Below are positions 51,671-62,000 of a stretch of 64,000 nt of DNA, in pieces. The DNA comes from Octopus sinensis (taxonomy: Eukaryota), in NCBI RefSeq assembly GCF_006345805.1, contig NC_043006.1, positions 51,584,001 through 51,648,000 of the forward strand, read 5' to 3'. Numbering within the stretch: position 1 is the stretch's first letter; every line of letters starts with the position of its first letter. Below the pieces are notes generated by a model. That model saw nothing but the letters and a program-made list of their open reading frames with translations, did not search any database and was not told where the DNA came from. The translations under genes and the position numbers were made by a program.

Positions 51671-52911
51671 TGTGTGTATGGATAATAAACTACTATGGCT
51701 GTCACTCACAACTGAGAATGACTGGGTAGCATGTAGGTTTTTCCCTAATTCTTTTTGGTTCCTTTATAGTTATGAGTAGATACAGATGCACCTTCTCATC
51801 TCTCAAGCTTATCCCTAGTTGTCATATCCTGCAAAGGCTGCAATGGTACTTTTTTTACCAGCCTTGAAAAGATGAAATGCAAAGTTAACCTTGGTGGGAT
51901 TGGAATTCAGACTGCAGAGAGCTAGACTAGTACCATGCTGCATTTTGTCTGATGCTCTAATGAATCTGTCAATTGACACACACACGCATGCACGCACACA
52001 AATATATACATCATACACCTACCTAACAAGCATTTACTCTCATAAGGTGTTTTGTTGTTGTAGCCACATGAAATTCTCTATATAAATTAACAAGAGACAT
52101 AAATGACCATTCACAGACGAGTTATAAGACTTAACAGGAGTTACTTAGAAATGGTTAATTTGTAATCTTGAAACTTAAAAAGAATCATTAAAAGAAAATA
52201 AAGACAAAATAAGGTGGAATTTTCATTTATATACTGCTGTAAATAAACAAAGCGCATTACTACTGTTTCTTACCCAGAACAACATTGAATTGTTTCCACA
52301 CCTGCCCTATTTGCCAGATTTATCACCTACAGACTTCCAGCTTTTCCTCAAGATGAAAAGGCAGCTCAAAGGTCACCGTTTTAACACCATTGTCGAGATC
52401 AACAGCAAATTGCAGAAGGTAAACAATGTCCAGGCCAAATTCTAAAAGTTGCAGAAACACTGAGACCAATGCATTGTTGCACAAGGTGACTATTTCAAAG
52501 GAGATGATGTTAAAATCTTAGGTAAATAAGTTATTTTTTATTAAACATAACAAGTCTGGGAACTTTTTGATACCACCTTGTAGTTACATTAAAGATTTTG
52601 ATGTCAAATGAATCAGGTGGGATGAAGAAGGTATATAGCAAGCTCATTCATATCATCTTTCATGTTGCATTCCTTTTATTTCTTTCATTTTCTTCCATTT
52701 AAATCAAGAAGTGACGTTCAATTTGATCTACCAAATAAAATCTCATTACTTTTATAAAAATCTTACTTGATCTCATAGTTGTCAGGTCAAATGATGCTCA
52801 GATGGTTACAAAATGCTTTCTTTATTACTGAATATACACTACCCTGTAAATATCTAATATAGCACATATCTGTTGCTGTGTACAACTAATGTAGAGTGTA
52901 TATTTGGTGCA

Positions 52912-52981
<70 letters not shown>

Positions 52982-55900
52982 AAAGTCGAAGTGCGATAAA
53001 ATAAAATTAATTATTATCGCTGGTGTTTCTAGCACAGGCCATATATTATTCATATATAAGTACATTAAAAGGCGAAGTATGTACTAGAAACACAGAAGCT
53101 TGATAAATTTAGTGAAATGAAAATAAAAACGTTTACTAACTCGGTTCCTCTTAGACTGCAGTTTCGTTCTTTTCAGTAATAAAAATAATTTAATTACTCA
53201 GGGAGAATTCATCGGTAAGAGCCCTGTTATTGTGAAATCGCACCTCACTAGAAACATGTGCGTCTAATAATTTGCTCTCTCTAACTAATCAAATCACTGC
53301 GCAGACGCAGAACGTACCCGACAAACTAGGGATTTCTGGTATATTGTCTAACGCTCAAAATTTATCGAGAAATATGTAAACAAAGTCGAAGTGCGATAAA
53401 ATAAAATTAATTATTATCGCTGGTGTTTCTAGCACAGGCCATATATTATTCATATATAAGTACATCAAAAGGCGAAGTATGTACTAGAAACACAGAAGCT
53501 TTATATATATATAAATCTCTCTCTATATATATGTATATATCTATTATCATCATCATCACCATTGTTTAACATCCATCTTCCATGCATGCATGAGTAGGAC
53601 AGTTGTTGACAGGAGCTAGCCAGGTAGAAAAACTACCCTAGGCTACTGTGTTTGCTTTGATTTTACAGCTGGATACCCTTCCTAACACTAACCACTCCGT
53701 AGAGTGGACTCAATACTTTTTATGTGGTACTAGCACAGGCAAGGTTAGTTTTGGCATGACTTTTACAGCTGGATGTTTCTAAACGCCAGCCATGTTACAG
53801 TATGGACTGGATGCTTTTAACGTGGCACCACACACACACACACATACACATCCCCATACGCACTCTCCAGATATACATTACTCTTAATATATACTTTATC
53901 AAACATAATACTAGATTTGACTTAAACCTTCCACTAGAGAGATGCTTCATAAAACAGAATGCTTCAGTAGTGAGCCAACTAACCTAATGACTAACAGAAA
54001 AAGGAAAAACTATACATTAAAGAAAAACAGAATGGACTAAACAGAACAGGAGGAGACATGTGGGATAGAGAGTCACTGAAGAAGTCACAGGATGTATGAC
54101 GAAAGATTTCAGACAAAGAACACTAAAATAAGAATAATAATAAAGCTGAAGTAAAAACCAAGTATATAAGGTGTGCAGTTAATTGGCAAAAAATATGACC
54201 ATCCCCAAGTATAACATAAAAGTAAAAATTACTAGGAATGTCACAAGAGTAAATCTTTTTACCCAGTCTTACAGATATGTTAACACTAATTAAATACTGT
54301 CTGTAGAATTCAACACTGCCATGGAGCTCTTACATAGTCACTCATTCTATTACAGGCAACAACCAAATATCCCCTAAATTATACCCAACTTTTAAAAGAT
54401 GAAAGATACAATCACAGTAAATAATGTAATACTATGTAGACTATATCACATAAAAAATAAGAGTTGGTTACATTTAATTAAAAATATGTGGGATTAGGGC
54501 TGACCTAGAGCCAAAAAAGAATAACAGACTAATTTCCTGGACACTATCAAAGCTGATTTCTCTTGCAGACCTTTGCATTGTCATTGATGGTCAAGCTGTT
54601 ACATTTATCATCCTAAAGGCCAACTGGACAACTGTTCATATCTTGCCATGGTATTGAACATATATGAGGGCTTCATATAGGAGCAGAATGTAAAGAACAT
54701 ACATAGATAAAGAAGAGCTTACATATAGATAAAGCAATAGATTTACCTGTGGAGTGAATGCATACTTGTATAGTTTAAAGTGTCTAAAATATGTGTTAAT
54801 CATATGATAGGATATCTTCCTTACTTCACTTATTGAAAACAGTTCAGTGCTGTATGGTGGACGCTAGAAAGAGAAAGTAATAAATGAGTGGTGGCCACTC
54901 ATTTGTTGTTGTTGTTTAGTTCAGGTTAGATCTAATTCAGCAGACATATACACTTTTACTCTTTTACTTGTTTCAGTCATTTGACTGTGGCCATGCTGGA
55001 GCACCGCCTTTTGTCTAGCAAATTGACCCCAGGACTTATTCTTTGTAAGCCTAGTACTTATTCTATTGGTCTCTTTTGCCAAACCGCTAAGTTACAGGGA
55101 CGTAAACACACCAGCATTAGTTGTCAAGCGATGTTAGGAGGACAAACACAAACACACACACACACACATACGACGGGCTTCTTTCAGTTTCCTTCTACCA
55201 AATCCACACACAAGGCTTTGGTCGCTCCGAGGCTATAGTAGAAGACACTTGCCCAAGGTGCCACGCAGTGGGACTGAACCTGGAACCATGTGGTTGGTAA
55301 GCAAGCTACTTACCAAACAACCACTCCTATGCCTATGATTAAAGATATTTCATCTGCAACCATCTTGTCTATTACTATTGGGTCACATTATCCAATATGC
55401 ATTTCTTTTATTAAAACAAGGAAGTTTCCACAGAAACTAAATGCTCCTCATATTCTACTCCACCATCTTAGCAAGTGAAGAACACACTGGATAATATAGT
55501 TATAGATACATTGATTAAATAATTAATACACCTTTGATCAAGTGTCTACTGGAGCAATGTTTACCTGGGGTTAAACAACAACCATCATAACAATTGCATA
55601 CATTACTCAGCATAAGAATCAAACAGTAACAGAGCAAAAGTATTTATATCAAGCATTTTCCAGTTTGGGAATAGGAAAAACTGGAGTGCCTTACTGATAC
55701 TTTGACTTAATATTGATCACAGAAAGGAACTTCATGATTTGTGTGGAGGCTAATAATAATAATAGTAATAGTAATAGTAATAGTAGTAGTAGTAGTAGTA
55801 GTAGTAATAGTCATTGTAGTAGTCGTCGTCGACGTCGTTTAATATCCATTTTTCATGCTGGCATGGGTTGGACGGTTCAACTGGGATCTGGGAAGCCAGG

Positions 55901-58900
55901 AGGCTGCACTAGGCCCCAGTCTGATCTGGCAGTGTTTCTACAGCTGGATGCCCTTCCTAATGCCAACTCTGTGAGTGTAGTGGGTGCTTTTTATGTGCTT
56001 CTGTCACAGGTGCCGGGGGAGGCTGGCAATGGCCATGATCGGTTGGTGCTTTTTACATGCCACTGGCACGGAAGCCAGTCAGGGCAGGGCTAGCATTGGC
56101 CACGTTTGGATGGTGCTTTTTATATGCCACCAGCACGGGTGTCACAACTATAATTTCCATTTGATTTTTATTTTGATGTTGATGTAGTTGACTCAGTAGG
56201 TCTCCTCAAGAACAACACGTTGCCCTACGATCCAAGGTAAGCACAGCAGGCCGTCCTGAGATCCAAGGTACTTTGGATGGGCTGGGGCTGCTATGTGAAG
56301 CTGGTGCAGGAAACAACCATGAACTCACGTTATTTGTCGGGTCTTCGCAGTCACAGCATATCTCCAGAGATCTCGGTCTTTCGTCATTGCCTCTAATATG
56401 TAGTATAAATATGACCATGCATACATACACACAGAAGTGTAAATAAATGCACATACTTACAAACATTGAAGAAATATAAAGGACTTGTACTGTTGTAGAC
56501 AATGTGACATTAACAAAGGGAACCGGCAGAGTGAGAGACAGTGTGATACATGTAAGGAAAATTACATACGGAAAAATTAATGTAGATACTGTTTCATTTA
56601 ATGGAAGAACAAGACAGTGACACATCTTAGAGGGATATGTGTCATAAAGTAATTGAGACAGGTGGTGAGATATAGGTTACCAGAACTAATACAGACAGTA
56701 AGACATATATTAGTGGGACTGCAATACACAAAGTAATTTATTGGGTCATCCCATAAATGATGCAGTTTTTTCAATTGCATTAACTAAAAGTCAGAGGGGG
56801 ATGGGATAAACTATCTGCATCAACTTGTTATAAAAGCAGGTAGTCATTTTACCTTGTCCTTATTCTTAGTGAAAGTTTTGAAGAGTGCAGTTCGATTTTA
56901 AGAGTTATTTTTTCAAAGCTATAATGGAAGTGACAAAGGAGCATATTCAGCATATTTTGCTTTATGAGTTCAATAAAGACAACAATGCAATGGAATGTGT
57001 GAGGAATATTAATGCAGTATATGGGGATCAGATAATAAATGCAAGCCAGTGTCAATGGTGGTTCTAGAAATTCCCAGCTTAGAAACTACAGCTTAGAAGA
57101 TGAGCCTTGTCTCGGAAAATCTGTAGAGCTTGACAAGGATGTCCTGCAAACCTTGGTGGAACGAAATCCCATCGTAACTGTTGAGGAACTAGCAGAGAAG
57201 GTTGGATTTGGTCATTCAACCATTTATCAACACCTGCGTGCAATCAGAAAAGTCAGCAAATTGGGTCAATGGGTTCCTCACAAACTTTCCGAGTCTAATC
57301 ATGTGAACGTGTGCTCTTTTTTGTAGCCACGTCTCATGAATGAACCTTTTTTTGGAATAGTGACTGGTGATGAGAAATGGGTTCTCCATAAAAATGTCAA
57401 GTGCTAAAGACAGTGGGTAGGGAAAGGAAAAATACCAGCACCCCAGGCTAAAGAAGGTTTTCATCCATGTAAGGTGTTGTTATCTGTTTGGTGGGATATG
57501 AAAGGTTTAGTCCACTTTGAACTTTTAAACCCAAACCAAATGATAACAAAGGAGATCTACTGTGAGCAGCTTAAGTCAATGCTATAAGAAAAATGACTCT
57601 TTGATTTTAAGACAAAAGGTGTTCTTCCATAAGGATGACGTTCAGCCACATACAGTGAGGATAACATTCCAAAGGCTGGAGTAATTTGAATGGGAAATGA
57701 TGCCCCACTCACCATATTAGCCAAACATTGCTTCATCTGATTATCATTTACTCTGCTTAGTCTTCAAAATCATTTGGATGGAAAAAATATGAATTCTATA
57801 GACGAGGTCAGACTAGTACTGGAGGAGTATTTTTCATCACAGACAAGTGAATTTTGGAAGAGGGGCCTTGCAAGTCTACCAGATAGATGGAAGAGCATGG
57901 TAGAAAAATATTATTTATGGGATGACCCAATATAAGAGCATTGTAACATATATGTGAAAATTACAGAAACAGTATGTCATAAAGGGAGTGTTACAGTCAC
58001 TATGACATGTATTTGTGTGTGTGCCATAAACAGTGCAAGAAATATTCAAGGTATGTCATGACATGTATTAGAGAAAACGTCACAGTATGACAAACGTAAG
58101 GGTGAGTTTAACTTACACTGACGCTATGATGTAGGAGTATATCTTTGAAAAAGTTAAATGTGTCATCCAAGTTACCAAAGGGACTTTCTGAAAAGCATAA
58201 AAATAGAGTTTGCATCAAACACAATCTTTTGGGAAAGTAATAAAAAAAACCTCAAAAAACAAAAAAACAAATTTATATAGGTATACTGAAAAATAAATGT
58301 GGTTTCTACTATTATTGTTGTGAATGTTGTTGATAATGTGAAAGTTGGATTGATGTTGGGATATCTCTGGATAAATAGACAATTAGTAAGGAAAAAGTCA
58401 CTAAACATTGTTAATGAAATTGTTCAATTTAGAATTTAAGTATTGGTTGTTTTGTCTGATATAGACATTGTTAAAGAAACTGTATTGTTTAGTTTAAATT
58501 TTAAGTGTTCACTGTAGTTGTCTCAACTAGATCAGTTGCTTTTGTTGTTTAGCCCAAAGACAGCCCTGATCAAGAAGGTCTGTGACCAAAGGTGTTTCAA
58601 TCATAACCCACCAATCTTTTGTCTATACAGATTCATATTATTTAATATGTTCTCTTCTCAAATGGTAATGTGCAATTTGAGAGATATTGGTTTCAGTTTC
58701 TAGCATGCCAAGTAACTATATAAATGATTCCTTGCAGGTTTACTTACCAGATTAGTTGTCTTTGGTGATAACACTGTTGTTGTAAGAGAGTAATGCATGT
58801 TAGAGGAATAGATATTATTTCACAGACCACTATGGCCAACAGGTTCTCATGATGCTACGCAGATGAAAAATAAATCATCACCTGGATAGCATACTAGTCT

Positions 58901-59052
58901 AATGCATGTGTCTTTATTTTTACATAAAATTAACACTGGAAGTTAATTAGACACCCATCAAATTTATAGTACTCTGCAGCTTGCAGTATGTATCTATAAT
59001 CAATGCTTTTAAAGGAATTTTGGAGATGAAAACTATAGTAAGCCTTTGTGTG

Positions 59053-59088
<36 letters not shown>

Positions 59089-62000
59089 TGTGAGAATGTT
59101 GACATTCCATAGTTTTGCTTGTGTGAAATCATCATCATCATCATCATCATTTAACGTCCGCTTTCCATGCTAGCATGGGTTGGACGGTTCAACTGGGGTC
59201 TGGGGAGCCCGAAAGCTGCACCAGTCCAGTCAGATCTGGCAGTGTTTCTACAGCTGGATGCCCTTCCTAACGCCAACCACTCCGAGAGTGTAGTGGGTGA
59301 TTTTATGTGCCACCGACACAGGTGCCAGACGAGGCTGACAAACGGCCACGCTCGGATGGTGTTTTTATGTGCCACCGACACAGGTGCCAGACGAGGCTGG
59401 CAGACGGCCACGCTCGGATGGTGTTTTTATGTGCCACCGACACAGGTGCCAGACGAGGCTGGCAGACGGCCACGCTCGGATGGTGTTTTTATGTGCCACC
59501 GACACAGGTGCCAGATGAGGCTGGCAGACGACCACGCTCGGATGGTGTTTTTTATGTGACACCGACACAGGTGCCAGATGAGGCTGGCAAACGGCCACGA
59601 TCGGATGGTGCTTGTTACGTGCCCACAGCACGGAGGCCAGTCGATGCGGTACTGGCTACGGCCACGTTCGGATGGTTTTCTTATGTGCCACGTGCCACCG
59701 GCACTGGTACCACAAAGATACAAATTCCATTGATGTTCATCTATTTTGATTTGTTTTGATTTGATTTGATTTGATTTTCACTTGCCTCAACAGGTCTTCA
59801 CAAGTGTCACAAGAAGGAAGGTATGCACAGGTGGACTGACTACGTCCCAGGTAGGGGCCATGGGTTATGGCCTGACTAGTCTTGCCGGGTCTTCGGATGG
59901 TGTTTTTATGTGCCACCGACACAGGTGCTAGATGAGGCTGGCGAATGGCCACGATCGGATGGTGTTTGTCATGTGCCCACCGCACTGACTACGGCACTGA
60001 TGGATTCTTGTGTGCCACAGGCACTGGTACCACAAGATACAAATTCCATTGATGTTCATCTATTTTGTCTATTTTGATTTGATTTGATTTGATTTTCACT
60101 TGCCTCAACCGGTCTTCACAAGTGTCACAAGAAGGAAGGAAGGTATGCACAGGTGGACTGACTAGTCTTGCCGGGTCTTCGGAAGGTGTTTTTATGTGCC
60201 ACCGACACAGGTGCCAGATGAGGCTGGCGAACGGCCATGATCGGATGGTGTTTGTTACGTGCCCACAGCACGGAGGCCGGTCGATGCGGAACTGGCTACG
60301 GCCACGTTCGGATGGTTCTCATGTGTGCCACCGGCACTGGTACCACAAAGTGTGTGCCACCGGCACTGGTACCACAAAGATACAGATTCCATTGATGTTC
60401 ATCTATTTTGATTTGTTTTGATTTGATTTTCACTTGCCTCAACAGGTCTTCACAAGTGTCACAAGAAGGAGGTATGCACAGGTGGACTGACTACGTCCCA
60501 GGTAGGGGCCATGGGTTATGGCCTGACTAGTCTTGCCGGGTCTTCGGATGGTGTTTTTATGTGCCACCGACACAGGTGCTAGATGAGGCTGGCGAACGGC
60601 CACGATCGGATGGCCAGTGATGCGGTACTGACTACGGCCACGTTCGGATGGATTCTTGTGTGCCACCGGCACTGGTACCACAAGCGGTACTGACTACGGC
60701 CACGTTCGGATGGATTCTTGTGTGCCACCGGCACTGGTACCACAAGCGGTACTGACTACGGCCACGTTCGGATGGATTCTTGTGTGCCACTGGCACTGGT
60801 ACCACAAGGATACAAATTTCATTGATGTTCATCTATTTTGATTGGTGAATAATATTACATTCTTCATTGACATTATGACCAGTTGCTCTGAAGTTTTAAA
60901 GATATATGGAATAAGGTAAAATCTCTTACCTGAAAAACAAGTGGAAGTAATAGGAAGAGCATGGAACTATAAAATTCTTCCCCAAATACATCCCTGTCTA
61001 ACTCATGCCAACATGGAAAAACAAATGTTAAATGAATGAAAAACCAAATAACCACACCTTCAAAGACTTACCAGTACAGACTTCATGAACTCTTTTTACA
61101 ATTGAAAAATAGGCAGATAACTGCTCAGATTTGAATTTTTCTTCCTTTGCAAATTGTATAGAATATGTGTAAAGGTTGAGTAGAATCTTTTCTTTATATA
61201 CTGTTGCATAATTAGTGAGTTTAAAGATTTCAGCAAGAATACTAAAAAACAGGTAGAAAGTAGAATTGAAAAAAAATATATAATATACACTATCAGATTA
61301 TTTTTCAAAATGAAATTTTATAATCTTAAAAATGTATCTCAAATTTTATTTGAGGTTTGTTAAAACTGCTGAAAAGTCTCCAGGAAAGTACCTTGGTATG
61401 GTTGTTTATAATCTAATCCATGTAGGTACAGTGTGGCTGAATGGTTAAGAATGACAAAGTCCTGGGTTCTATCTCACAGAATGGAATCCTGGGCAAATGT
61501 CATTTTCTATAGCCTTGAGTAAACCCATGCCTTGTGAGTGAAATTTGGTAGATGGAAACTGCACAAAAGCCTGTCAGATGAATTGTATCTGAAATTTAGA
61601 AGGTACAACCTTGTAACATATCGTGTCACACTGACTCTGCCTGAGAATTATATTAAAGGGCACACGTGTTTGAGGAATGCTCAGATGCTTACATGTTAAT
61701 TCAGTTGATCAAATAACTGAATCGTCATCATCAGATGGTGGAGATCCACCACCCTATTCAGACATATACAACCAAAGAATTTTAAGGGAAGGAGAACATT
61801 TTATGAAAATGATGTAAAATGTAAACACAGTAGGAATGGATGAAGGTGTGTGGTTCAGTACTTAGGGTATTCAGCTCACAACTGTAAGGTCATGAGTTTG
61901 ATTCCCAGTGGTGCATTGAGCAAGACACTTTACTTCACGTTGCTCCAGTCCACTCAGCTGGCAAAAATGAGTAATACTTGTATTTCAAAGGGCTAGCCTT

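Noticed and set aside
56461-56489. 29-nt cassette exon (aacag...GTAAGT) in copy-B intron 5
   Set aside because: Splice-like signals only; it would frameshift, has no counterpart in copy A, and such motifs arise by chance in AT-rich introns.
59305-60810. CRISPR-like array
   Set aside because: The units are contiguous tandem repeats with no unique spacers and no cas genes; they derive from an RTE 3' UTR in a eukaryotic genome.
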